From positions 1,647-65,646 of the forward strand of contig JBLHGU010000001.1 of NCBI GenBank assembly GCA_047615875.1: a stretch of 64,000 nucleotides of DNA. Direction: 5' to 3'. A program made the position numbers and the translations under genes. The DNA is from Parasphingorhabdus sp. (lineage in GTDB: Bacteria > Pseudomonadota > Gammaproteobacteria > Arenicellales > CAJQKF01). Below, piece by piece: positions 18,728 through 28,060 of the stretch (its first letter is position 1; each line of letters starts with the position of its first letter). A model generated the notes under the pieces. The model had not been told where the DNA came from and searched no databases. It worked only from the letters and a program-made list of their open reading frames with translations.

Positions 18728-19348
18728 ATGATAAGGCTTTTTCAAATATTTCTGATATCTCAGTTTTTTATGTCGAGTCTGGCGTTAGCTAGCGAAGACT
18801 GGGGTTTTGATGCCCTTATGGAAGAGCTTGCCAAACATCCACAGTTTAGCGCCGACTTTGAAGAGCAACGAAGTTCCATGTTTCTCTCTCGGCCTTTGAA
18901 ATTACATGGAATATTGATATTTGTTGCTAATGAAAAAATGGAAAAAAGAGTAGTCAGGCCCTATGTCGAAACCACAATAATTGATGATGCCGCGGTGGTT
19001 ATCCGTCGCACAAACACTATCGGTAAGGAAGATACCACGCATGTAACCCGTTTCTCACTGGCGGCACATCCAGCTATCGCTAAGGCAATAAACGGCGTGA
19101 GCAACATTTTTTCTGGGGATAGTTCACTTTTGAAGGAATTGTATGATTGGCAGATTGAAGGCCAACGTGATGACTGGGGTCTGTTATTGAAGCCAAAAGA
19201 CGGCAAGTTGGCGGAGTTTATTAGTTCTATTGAGTTGCGAGGGCATGATGGAATCATTACACAGATGAATTCTGTCGAGGCCGACGGCGACGAATCGAAA
19301 ATGGCTTTATCCAATCGATCCACCGATATCCCCGAATTGAATCAATAA
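18728..19348 (+). CDS. LolA-like outer-membrane lipoprotein carrier family protein
   Basis: 206 aa with a signal peptide. The size and pairing with a downstream MMPL/RND exporter match LolA-like/exporter pairs. Motif-level support is weak. Confidence 0.45.
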   Translation: MIRLFQIFLISQFFMSSLALASEDWGFDALMEELAKHPQFSADFEEQRSSMFLSRPLKLHGILIFVANEKMEKRVVRPYVETTIIDDAAVVIRRTNTIGKEDTTHVTRFSLAAHPAIAKAINGVSNIFSGDSSLLKELYDWQIEGQRDDWGLLLKPKDGKLAEFISSIELRGHDGIITQMNSVEADGDESKMALSNRSTDIPELNQ

Positions 19349-19380
19349 ACCACTGATATTTGGCCGACACTGTAAACAGG

Positions 19381-21741
19381 ATGGAAAAGATTAAAATTCA
19401 CCACCCATCCAGAATAATGGCAGTGATCGTAGCGCTAGTTGTGTTAATAGCGCTGGCAGTTAATGTCATGCGCTTTAAAGTTACTACAGACCTCGGTTTA
19501 TTTTTGCCGTCCGGACAGACGGTTCTTGAACAAGTGTTGATGGGCCAACTTGATCGTGGTTCTACATCAAACCTGATTTTCGCTGGCATTGAAGGTGACA
19601 CAAGTGAAAACCTGGCAAAGGTAAGTCAGTCATTTGCTGACCAGCTCGGCCAAACTGAGGGCTTCGTACAGGTACTAAATGGCGCAACGGCCATGAGTAG
19701 CGAAGATCAGAATTGGGTAATGGATAACCGCTACCATTTAACCCCTGCAGATTTAAGTGAGAATTTGTCCGAAGAAGGCCTTGGCCTCGCAATGCAGGAA
19801 CGCCTTAAAGGGTTAATGTCGCCTCTGGCCGCGCTTGAAAAAAAGTTTCTTGCCCGGGACCCAACCGGCGAAATACTTAATCTGCTTAATCAATGGCAGG
19901 GTGATTTGTCGGGCGAGTCGGGACCTGCAAAAGCTAATGGCGTGTGGTTTTCCCAGGACCAGAGCCGGGCTGTAATGATTATCGAGCTTGCCAGTGGTGG
20001 TCTTGATTTAGCAGGACAACAGCAGGCGCTGGATCATATTTTTCAGGTGTTTGAAACAGTCCGAACCGATAAAAGTCGTCTGGTTCTCGCCGGCCCATCA
20101 GTGTTTGCTGTCGAAACCCGTGACATCATCACAGCAGATGTACGCTTTCTGTCCATCTTGGCAACCAGCCTTGTCATTATCTTTTTATTGGCAGTATTTC
20201 GTTCCTTACGACTATTGGGGCTCATTCTTATCCCGATTGTTTCTGGGATTTTAGTGGCATGTGCAGTCGTACTCCTGGCTTTTGACACCATTCATGGCAT
20301 TACACTGGCGTTTGGAATTACCCTTACTGGAGTCGCTGTAGATTACCCCATTCATTTTTTCTCCCACCTGAAAGGCGGGCGTGAAAATGCAGAATCGAGT
20401 ATTCGAAATATCTGGAAAACTCTTGCTTTGGGTGTGTTATCAACCATCATTGCCTATGTAGCACTGGTGTTGTCAGAATTTCGCGGACTGCAACAGCTCG
20501 GCGTTTTCACCGTTTGTGGTTTGCTGGCTGCGGCTGCAGTAACGCGTTGGATTCTGCCCCTGTTGGTTCCTGCTCAACTATCTAAAAAAGCCGGCCTGTC
20601 CTGGGTGCATCAGCTTATGCATTGGTCCGGCAATCGACTCTCAGGCAAAGGCTACTGGTCACTGGCGGTAATTCCGCTGGCTGCCATGCTGGTGTTGGTG
20701 GGTAATACCCCTTTACGTGATCTCGATCCAGATTCTCTAAGCCCCATTGGCCAGGATAGACGTACTCAGGACCGCGACCTTCGAGGTGATCTTGGTTTCT
20801 GGTATGGCGGCAAACTGGCTGTTGTAGTTGCATCGGATAGCGAGACTGCACTACAGCGCAGTGAGCAGCTGCAAGAACAACTTGACGAACTGGTGTCGGC
20901 CGGAGCAATTTCCCGCTTTGACCTGGCTGCAAGTTTTCTACCTAGTCAAAAACATCAGCAGAAGCAGATTGATGCGATACCCGATGAAGAAGAACTCAGG
21001 CGTCGAATATTAGTCGCCCTGAAAGATTCTCCGCTACGTAAAGACATATTCGAAAAATTTGTTGCTCAGGCACAGGCAGCTCGCAGCAAGCCACTGTTGA
21101 CGGTCGACTCGTTGAGCCAGTCTCAAATGGGCGAACGTTTGAAATCGTTATTGTTCGAGCAGAATGGCTTATGGATTGCACCAGTTCTGCTGCATGGTGT
21201 AACTGATGAATCTGCGTTGCAAGTACTTAATCAACAGGATTCGGATACTCAAGTTCTTTATTTGAATATTAAGCAGCGAGCAGCAGCTATTCTGGGTGAT
21301 GCTCTGGATCGCCTTGTGCCTTTGTTATTGCTGGGCGTTCTGGTTATTTATATTTTGCTTGCGTTAGCGTTTAAGAGCTTATTCAGGCCACTGTTAATAC
21401 TGATGCCAACCATATCTGCTGTTGCCGTCACCGTGGCAATTCTCAATGTTCTGGGTATTTCAATGACATTAATGCATATGGTGTCACTGCTGCTTATTAT
21501 TGGTCTGGGCCTGGATTATGCCTTGTTCTTTAATCGAATTAATGATGAGAAAGATGAATGGCACACCACCTTTAAGGCTCTATGGGTTTGTTGTTTTACA
21601 ACAGTTCTGGTTTTCGGCATCCTTATTATCTCTGTCACACCACCGCTACAGGCTATCGGTGCCACTGTGGGTACTGGCGCTTTGCTTTGCCTCATATTCG
21701 GAGCATGCTGGACAAGACGAAGCCCAGTTGCGAGTTCCTAA
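19381..21741 (+). CDS. MMPL / RND-superfamily membrane exporter
   Basis: About 786 aa with two 5-6-TM bundles, each preceded by a large periplasmic domain (pseudo-duplicated architecture). The GITLTGVAVDYPIHFF and GLGLDYALFF motifs are typical of MMPL/SSD transporters. Confidence 0.7.
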   Translation: MEKIKIHHPSRIMAVIVALVVLIALAVNVMRFKVTTDLGLFLPSGQTVLEQVLMGQLDRGSTSNLIFAGIEGDTSENLAKVSQSFADQLGQTEGFVQVLNGATAMSSEDQNWVMDNRYHLTPADLSENLSEEGLGLAMQERLKGLMSPLAALEKKFLARDPTGEILNLLNQWQGDLSGESGPAKANGVWFSQDQSRAVMIIELASGGLDLAGQQQALDHIFQVFETVRTDKSRLVLAGPSVFAVETRDIITADVRFLSILATSLVIIFLLAVFRSLRLLGLILIPIVSGILVACAVVLLAFDTIHGITLAFGITLTGVAVDYPIHFFSHLKGGRENAESSIRNIWKTLALGVLSTIIAYVALVLSEFRGLQQLGVFTVCGLLAAAAVTRWILPLLVPAQLSKKAGLSWVHQLMHWSGNRLSGKGYWSLAVIPLAAMLVLVGNTPLRDLDPDSLSPIGQDRRTQDRDLRGDLGFWYGGKLAVVVASDSETALQRSEQLQEQLDELVSAGAISRFDLAASFLPSQKHQQKQIDAIPDEEELRRRILVALKDSPLRKDIFEKFVAQAQAARSKPLLTVDSLSQSQMGERLKSLLFEQNGLWIAPVLLHGVTDESALQVLNQQDSDTQVLYLNIKQRAAAILGDALDRLVPLLLLGVLVIYILLALAFKSLFRPLLILMPTISAVAVTVAILNVLGISMTLMHMVSLLLIIGLGLDYALFFNRINDEKDEWHTTFKALWVCCFTTVLVFGILIISVTPPLQAIGATVGTGALLCLIFGACWTRRSPVASS

Positions 21742-21869
21742 GTTATAAACGTGACGACATCATGGCAATAATCAAAAGTTAACCAGAAGGGCCATGAGTG
21801 GTTAATAAACCATCATAAAGCTGACCCATCCTGGCACTTATCAGCCCAGGTATGTTGTTCCTGCATTTT

Positions 21870-22349
21870 TTAAACAATTTTTGCCTTACTTACAATCACA
21901 CCATCTGCATCAGCATAAATATAGTCGCCACTATTAAATTCGGCTCCGCCGAATGCCAGCAGAACATCTTGCTCGCCTTTAGTTGCGGGGATGTATTTTC
22001 GAGAGCACGTGCCTAAGGCAAACAAAGCCACCGGAATATCCTTGATTTGAACTGTATCTCTGATGTACCCGTTGATAACCATGCCAGCGTAATTGTTCTG
22101 CTGTGCAAACTGCATTAGTTTTTCACCCACAACAGCATAATAAGCCTGGTCTACGTCGACCACGACGACTTTGCCGGTACCGTCAACATCTCTCAACATG
22201 ACCAGCAGATCCGAATTGTGTCTATCTAGTTTCAGGGTGACGACTTCGCCCTCACACTTCACTGCACCACCGTAATTGCTGTAACCAGCACCCAGTACAG
22301 TCACTTTGTCACTATGTTGGTCACAGATATCTGCGGTGAAAAACGTCAT
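21870..22349 (-). CDS. rraA: RraA family protein (RNase E regulator / HMG-oxaloacetate aldolase fold)
   Basis: MTFFTADICDQHSDKVTVL ... GAVKCEGEVVT ... GEKLMQFAQQNNYAGMVINGYIRD is collinear with RraA. The start was taken at the internal Met (22349). Confidence 0.8.
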   Translation of the reverse strand: MTFFTADICDQHSDKVTVLGAGYSNYGGAVKCEGEVVTLKLDRHNSDLLVMLRDVDGTGKVVVVDVDQAYYAVVGEKLMQFAQQNNYAGMVINGYIRDTVQIKDIPVALFALGTCSRKYIPATKGEQDVLLAFGGAEFNSGDYIYADADGVIVSKAKIV

Positions 22350-22619
22350 GAATGTATCCTCTTGAATTGAAATCGCAGGCATTCTAACACCCTTGTTCTT
22401 CTTCTCATAAGCATTGGATAGGAGATTCAGGATGTCCTTACGGTATAATGCCCGGCTAGCAGCAATCTCCCTCTTAATTCTGTAAAAATGGCGCTCTCAA
22501 TACTTGCTTGGGCATGTGGAGTCGGGTAAGGGCGCGGATCGGGCACAAAGCCTGGTGCCGCCTGGGATAAAGCAGCCCTTATTTATAAACTTTTAATAAA
22601 CTTAAATTATGAAGGCAAT

Positions 22620-23030
22620 ATGAAGGTCGTAACTGGCGTAGTGGGCAACGACATCCACGTTGTGGCGAACAGGCTCATTGATCTTTCCTTGCAGGCCAGA
22701 GGATATGAAGTGTTCAACCTGGGGGTGAATACCCATCTCGAGGAATTTTTTGATGCAGCGGTGGAAACCGGGGCAGATGCACTGCTGATTTCTTCCCTTA
22801 ATGGCGAAGCAGAAGGCTGGGGTCGCGAGGTTAAGCTGCTAAAGAGCAAATACAAAACCCTGGATGACCTTATTCTGATGATCGGAGGAAATCTGGTTGT
22901 TGGCACTGGCAACACCGAGGACATTGTTGCGAGATACAAGAACTATGGTTTCGACCTGGTTTGTCATCAGGTTGACCTGAATACCGGCTTAGATATGTTG
23001 AAAGATTTTCTTGAAGGGAAAAGCCAATGA
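22620..23030 (+). CDS. glmS: Glutamate mutase small (sigma, B12-binding) subunit, GlmS/MutS-like
   Basis: 136 aa. B12-binding fold motifs are GNDIHVVAN (DxHxxG with Gly replaced by Ala), SSL and IGGN. It is collinear with clostridial MutS/GlmS as remembered. Confidence 0.85.
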   Translation: MKVVTGVVGNDIHVVANRLIDLSLQARGYEVFNLGVNTHLEEFFDAAVETGADALLISSLNGEAEGWGREVKLLKSKYKTLDDLILMIGGNLVVGTGNTEDIVARYKNYGFDLVCHQVDLNTGLDMLKDFLEGKSQ

Positions 23031-24391
23031 GCCTGTTACAGGAAGAAAGAGAAATCATTCTTAGCAATGAATACGTCGATGCGTTTGATTTTGCAGAAGT
23101 GGCAGATTTTGTCACCAATGCCAGTGCGGATCTATTTATCTCCCACCACTTTGAGACGAATAGTAAAATGCTGGTTCAACCCAGAGGTGGGTTCCCTACT
23201 TATCAGCAGCAGTTTGCATTGTACGAGTCTTTTCGCGACGCCAACGTTGATGTTCTGCCGCTAACAGTTGATTCCAATACTCGACTCAACGATTACGCAA
23301 CCGCCCAGAAAATGCTTCGCTTAAGTGAGGAGAACGACATGGATATGCTTAATGGTTATCCGTTGGTGATCCACGGTTATCGAACGACTCGCAAGATGAT
23401 CACCCATTTTAATAAGCCAGTGAGCCTACGCCACGGAACGCCGGACGCCAGATTGCTTATTGAAACGGCAATTGCCTCAGGGATTTTTGAGATTGAAGGT
23501 GGGCCCATTACCTATGTACTACCTTACTCAAAAAACTTTCCGATCGATAAAGCATTTTTGTACTGGAAGTACGTAGAACGGGTTTGTGCAAACTATTCAA
23601 AGCTAAATAAGCCTATAAATCGGGAATCTTTCGGGCCACTAACAGCCACTCTGGTTCCGCCGTCAATCACTATTGTTATTCAAATTCTGGAGATGTTGCT
23701 TTCTCTCGAAGAGGGCGTTAAGTCCTTTTCAGTGTCTTTTGCCCAGCAGGGTTCGATGACACAGGATATTGTTGCCGGCACAGTTTTAAGGAAATTGGCG
23801 AAACATTATGCAGCCGAAATTAACTGTGACGACGCCGCAATTCACCTGGTGTACCACCAGTGGATGGGGGCCTTCCCGACCAATCAGAACTTTGCTGATC
23901 AGTTGATTAATCTTTCAACGGTGATTGCTAAAATGGTTGGCGCGGATAAGATCATTACTAAAACCAGGGAAGAAGCTACAGGTATTCCTACCAAGGAGAT
24001 GAACGCAAAAACCGTTGCGGACACACAGTATTGCCTGGGCATACTTAACGGCCTACCCACTGTCGTTGACGAGCAGGAAGAAGAGATTCTGTCGCTAGAA
24101 GTTCAAGCTATCATGGAGGCTGTGCTCAATGATCCAGCCGATACCCTGTGGCGTAAAGTGTTTAATTCAATTAAAAGTGGCATTATTGACGTGCCCTTTT
24201 CACCACATATCATTAATCAAAATGCCATGATTACCGTCCGGGACGCTGACAAGAATATCAGGATAATAGAGCGCGGAAATGTGCCTATTCCTGATCGATG
24301 TTATGAGTATGAGCGGGCTCAATGCGATCTAACAAAAGATACAACGAGTATTGTTAATGACATTATTCATGATATTGGGATTATGCAATGA
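23027..24391 (+). CDS. glmE: Glutamate mutase large (epsilon) subunit, GlmE/MutE-like (methylaspartate mutase E)
   Basis: 454 aa. QPRGGF, DSNTRLNDY, LRHGTPDARLL, EIEGGPITYVLPYSKN, FGPLTATLVPPS and HQWMGAFP parallel C. cochlearium GlmE, including the remembered substrate-binding Arg/Glu/Tyr positions. The start overlaps the glmS stop (ATGA). Confidence 0.88.
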   Translation: MSLLQEEREIILSNEYVDAFDFAEVADFVTNASADLFISHHFETNSKMLVQPRGGFPTYQQQFALYESFRDANVDVLPLTVDSNTRLNDYATAQKMLRLSEENDMDMLNGYPLVIHGYRTTRKMITHFNKPVSLRHGTPDARLLIETAIASGIFEIEGGPITYVLPYSKNFPIDKAFLYWKYVERVCANYSKLNKPINRESFGPLTATLVPPSITIVIQILEMLLSLEEGVKSFSVSFAQQGSMTQDIVAGTVLRKLAKHYAAEINCDDAAIHLVYHQWMGAFPTNQNFADQLINLSTVIAKMVGADKIITKTREEATGIPTKEMNAKTVADTQYCLGILNGLPTVVDEQEEEILSLEVQAIMEAVLNDPADTLWRKVFNSIKSGIIDVPFSPHIINQNAMITVRDADKNIRIIERGNVPIPDRCYEYERAQCDLTKDTTSIVNDIIHDIGIMQ

Positions 24392-25581
24392 CCGATGTGA
24401 ATGACAAGTTGTTGATTGATGTTGGCAGCACCTATTTCAAGGTCAGCACGACCAACGCGATAGAGCAGCATTTCAGAGACTTCAATAAAGATATCCTGGA
24501 TGATTTGATGACCAAGTGCGGTGAAACTATTCGTAGTTTTAGTAGTCAGGATATCCATATTTGCTCTTCAGCTAATGGTGGTTTGAGCACTCTGATTATC
24601 GGATTAACCAATTCTTTTTCTTTAAAGTACGCCACCAATATCGCTTTCAATTCCGGTGTTAATGTTGTCGACACCATTCTCTATCAGGATATTGAAGAAT
24701 ATTCTCTGCCCAGTGATCTCATTGATGTGGTACTCATTGTGGGTGGGATAAATAACCATAGTGAATTGTTCTCCGATAACTTGTTTCGCTATATCGAGCA
24801 GCTGAACTATTCAAACATTGTTTATGCTGGCTCCGCCCTGGATGCCCCCAGGATAAGCGATAACATTAAAAACGTAGTGGTGTTGCCCAATATAGTCGAT
24901 GACCGACTACATATCGTAGAACAGCACCTGAAGGAGTATTTAACTAATCTCTACCAGCAGGATATTGAAGGTAAAGAAGACATTAAGCACCTTTACGACA
25001 TTACCGAAAATCAGATCTTTTCGACACCCTATGTTGTGAACAACGCGTTACCGATGATCAATGCAAAGTTTTCAGTATCCGACCCTTTTATTTTGTTGGA
25101 TATCGGTGGCGCTACCACGGATATCCACTATTCGAAGGATCTGGTGGAAGACAATATTGTGACAGAGAATGAATACGATAGACTGGTGTTCAAGCGATTA
25201 GGTGTTTACAAATCTAAACAGTCGTTAATTTTTGCCGCCCAGGGTAACGAGTTTGTATACGAACTCCTTACGCACCTTAAAGTTACGGAAAATATTTTTC
25301 ATGAGCATGGTGAAAAAGCAACCAAAATATTGATGCAACTGGCCATCTTTCTGGTGTTATTTAAAATGTCGCGCTATGGCGAGTCGAACATCAATCTGAA
25401 GCTGGCGAAAGTTAATTCTATTGTGATGACAGGTGGTATCACTAAGGTTTTGAGGATTGAAGAGATTGAACAAATTATCGTCTTTTTTTATAAAAAGATT
25501 CTTACATCAGACCACAACCCAGTTACCGTGTTGGACAGCAACTACGATATTTGGACCCTTGGAGCCAGGGAGATTCAGTGA
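24388..25581 (+). CDS. glmL: GlmL/MutL-type glutamate mutase accessory (reactivating) ATPase, actin-fold
   Basis: 397 aa. The N-terminal LLIDVGSTYFKV and the second phosphate motif LLDIGGATTDIH are typical of the GlmL family. The start overlaps the glmE stop (ATGA). Confidence 0.75.
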   Translation: MTDVNDKLLIDVGSTYFKVSTTNAIEQHFRDFNKDILDDLMTKCGETIRSFSSQDIHICSSANGGLSTLIIGLTNSFSLKYATNIAFNSGVNVVDTILYQDIEEYSLPSDLIDVVLIVGGINNHSELFSDNLFRYIEQLNYSNIVYAGSALDAPRISDNIKNVVVLPNIVDDRLHIVEQHLKEYLTNLYQQDIEGKEDIKHLYDITENQIFSTPYVVNNALPMINAKFSVSDPFILLDIGGATTDIHYSKDLVEDNIVTENEYDRLVFKRLGVYKSKQSLIFAAQGNEFVYELLTHLKVTENIFHEHGEKATKILMQLAIFLVLFKMSRYGESNINLKLAKVNSIVMTGGITKVLRIEEIEQIIVFFYKKILTSDHNPVTVLDSNYDIWTLGAREIQ

Positions 25582-27155
25582 TGTCAATTAATTGTATGAG
25601 AGCAGTTCTCGAAGATGCAGTGCAAAGTCACAACGACAAAACTGCAGTTATTTTCAACGAAAAAAGTCTGACTTATGGCGACTTATTTAAAAGAGTTAAC
25701 CAGGTTGCCAGCTATCTGAAAGAGCTAAATTTACCCAGCAACTCACGAATCGGTGTTTACTCTAATAAGGGTATTGAGCAAGTAATTGCCATACTGAGCA
25801 TCTTGTCTACTGACTATGTTTTGGTGCCACTGACAAAACTGCTAAAGCCGGAGCAAGTTGAATACATCATTAACGACTGTGATATTAAATGTATTATCAC
25901 CGACAAATTGAAACTCGAAAGTATCGAGGAAATTAACTTCAACGGGCACGTTATTTCCTATGAAACTGCCGGCAAAGATGTCGCATCTTTCGAGGAGATT
26001 TATAAATACTACAAAAAATCCTTTAACTGCGACATTAATGGGCATGACAATGCGGTTATCACCTATTCGTTTGGACTGACAGGAAAGCCTAAAGGCATAG
26101 TGATATCCCATCGTAATTTGATTGAGTCCGCGCGGGTTGTGTCCCAGTATTTGAACTTGCGCGAGGATGACATTGTATCCGGACTGCTCATTTTTAACCT
26201 TGATTATGGTCTCAATCAAATCTTCTGTACGCTCTATAAGAGAGCAACGTTGGCACTACACCGATTGATTCTGCCAGGAGATTTTTTCAATCACTTGATA
26301 GACGATAAAATCACCGTACTGCCGCTGATGCCCGTCAATATTTCACAAATATTTGATGAAGGTTTGCATCGGATGCCCAGTGCAGAACTTTTTGATAGCC
26401 TCAGAATTATCACATCCTCGGGTGGAAATGTGACACCTAATATGATCAAGGATTGTAATCAAACATTTCGAAACGCTGCCTTTTACTCAATGCATGGACT
26501 TACCGAAGCATTTCGTTCGACTTATCTCGACCCTTCTCAAGTAGAAATAAGACCCAAGTCCATTGGTAAGGCCATTCCGGATGTCGAGCTTTATGTGATC
26601 AACGATGAGGGTAAGGAATGTGCGCCGCGCGAAATAGGCGAGTTAATTCACCGAGGTGGGTATATATACAGGGGGTTCTGGAATGCACCAGAAGAGAACG
26701 AGCAACGTTTCAAGTCAGTACAAATCCTCAAAGAGGTGATTAACCTGGAAGGGCAGTTAACCGACGAGATCGTCGTGGCCACTGGCGACTATGTTTATAA
26801 GGACGAGGAAGGTTACTTCTATTTCGTTTCACGACATGACGATATGATCAAAACTCGGGGCTTTAGGGTGTCACCCTACGAAGTCGAATCAGTTGTTAGA
26901 GACAACATCCCCAAGATTGACCAATGTGCCGTGTTTGCCATAGATAATGAGCTTATCGAAGAGGAAATTGTACTGGCTTATTCAGCAACCACGGAAATCA
27001 GCGAGAAAGAGATTCTCTTCGAATTAAAAAAACACCTGGCCTCTTATATGATTCCCAGCCGAGTGGTATACAAAAAATCTTTACCGTTGGTGCAAAGTGA
27101 CAAAAATAAGATTAACAAAGAAGCGCTGAAACGAGAATTAACCGGACAGAGGTAG
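25581..27155 (+). CDS. Adenylate-forming enzyme (ANL superfamily; acyl/aminoacyl-AMP ligase)
   Basis: About 524 aa from ATG 25581, which overlaps the glmL TGA by 1 nt. It has a divergent P-loop TYSFGLTGKPKG, plus GDYVYKDEEGYFYFVSRHDDMIKTRGFRVSPYEVE and a C-terminal SDKNKINK. No carrier-protein or condensation domain is attached. Confidence 0.8.
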   Translation: MSINCMRAVLEDAVQSHNDKTAVIFNEKSLTYGDLFKRVNQVASYLKELNLPSNSRIGVYSNKGIEQVIAILSILSTDYVLVPLTKLLKPEQVEYIINDCDIKCIITDKLKLESIEEINFNGHVISYETAGKDVASFEEIYKYYKKSFNCDINGHDNAVITYSFGLTGKPKGIVISHRNLIESARVVSQYLNLREDDIVSGLLIFNLDYGLNQIFCTLYKRATLALHRLILPGDFFNHLIDDKITVLPLMPVNISQIFDEGLHRMPSAELFDSLRIITSSGGNVTPNMIKDCNQTFRNAAFYSMHGLTEAFRSTYLDPSQVEIRPKSIGKAIPDVELYVINDEGKECAPREIGELIHRGGYIYRGFWNAPEENEQRFKSVQILKEVINLEGQLTDEIVVATGDYVYKDEEGYFYFVSRHDDMIKTRGFRVSPYEVESVVRDNIPKIDQCAVFAIDNELIEEEIVLAYSATTEISEKEILFELKKHLASYMIPSRVVYKKSLPLVQSDKNKINKEALKRELTGQR

Positions 27156-28060
27156 TAGATATTACATTTTCGGGATTCATTGCTACTGATGTTTAGGGCT
27201 GGATCCTAATTGCCCCTCTGCATTAGATATCGGCTGGCGTAGTGATCAATTTATTCAAACAAGGAGGGAACTCAATGCTTAACAAACATAGAAAACGGAT
27301 TGTTGTTCACTTAACTACGAAAAGCTGACGGCTAATTTTAACTGTGCAGTTGAATTTTTCGATAGGGCAGTTATTGACTTCACACTAGGTCTAGCGATAA
27401 GAATATCGATTACGTTAAATAGCCTCCAGATTGGCGAAAACTGGAGTGAGTCGACTATCCCTTGCATACTTATTCTTTGGTGGCGCGCGTATTTAATTGA
27501 TTGGCGCTGAGGCGGCAATTGTCAGGCGTTAGCCATTCTCGTTTGGTAGTGCTGAAGTCCTTGAGACATTTCTAATTGGTGCTTGGTTTAGTAATGTGGT
27601 GGCTTCTCCAGCAGTGAGGAGAGTTCGCTTCCCATCAGCAGAGGCATTTACAAAACGATACATTTCCGTACGGGTTCCATTGAACACGATGGTCTCTGCC
27701 GTCAGCGTAACAGCCCGAGTTGCCATTGTAGAAAAATCGAATGCCGTACTCCAGTAATATCAGGGCGCAGGTGGTTTGTGTTCTGGAATGTGTTTGTTTA
27801 AATAAAAATGATAGAACACTTGATTCTGTTCTGGCGGAAGTTGTCCCACCTTGAGCGAAAATACTTTGTGCTTTAACTAGGCCGGTATTCCCTCATTTCA
27901 CGGCCCTAGTTTGGGATTTTTTCAATAGTATCTACTCAGAGCTGATATAGGGGCATAACAAATCACCCAAAACGAAGATGAAATAACCACGTTTCCCCCC
28001 AGCGTGAAGTAATATGATGAAACGCTAAAAACAATCAAATCGATTTTTTCGCTCTAATGC

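Noticed and set aside
18728-21741. The LolA-like protein plus MMPL exporter next to fabA/fabB as part of an aryl-polyene-type lipid biosynthesis cluster.
   Set aside because: The other hallmark genes (extra KS/ACP, dehydratases, acyltransferase, glycosyltransferase) are absent. fabA-fabB look like the housekeeping pair, and ctaA separates them from the exporter.
22383-22619. Possible cobalamin riboswitch in the 237-nt leader upstream of the B12-dependent glutamate mutase operon. A TATAAT sits at about 22444 and there are GC-rich hairpins such as GGCAC-aaagcctg-GTGCC.
   Set aside because: I could not find the conserved B12-box core (GCCACTG-like) or the GGGAA/GGTG elements by eye. The idea is attractive on context only. 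A covariance-model scan (Rfam RF00174 and the AdoCbl-variant models) would settle it.
27529-27726. A 65-aa reverse ORF (ATRAVTLTAETIVFNGTRTEMYRFVNASADGKRTLLTAGEATTLLNQ) in the gene-poor spacer, which could be a fragment of a beta-helical or adhesin-like protein.
   Set aside because: No family was recognised, there is no RBS, and it is isolated. I treat it as a possible relic only; tblastx could test this.
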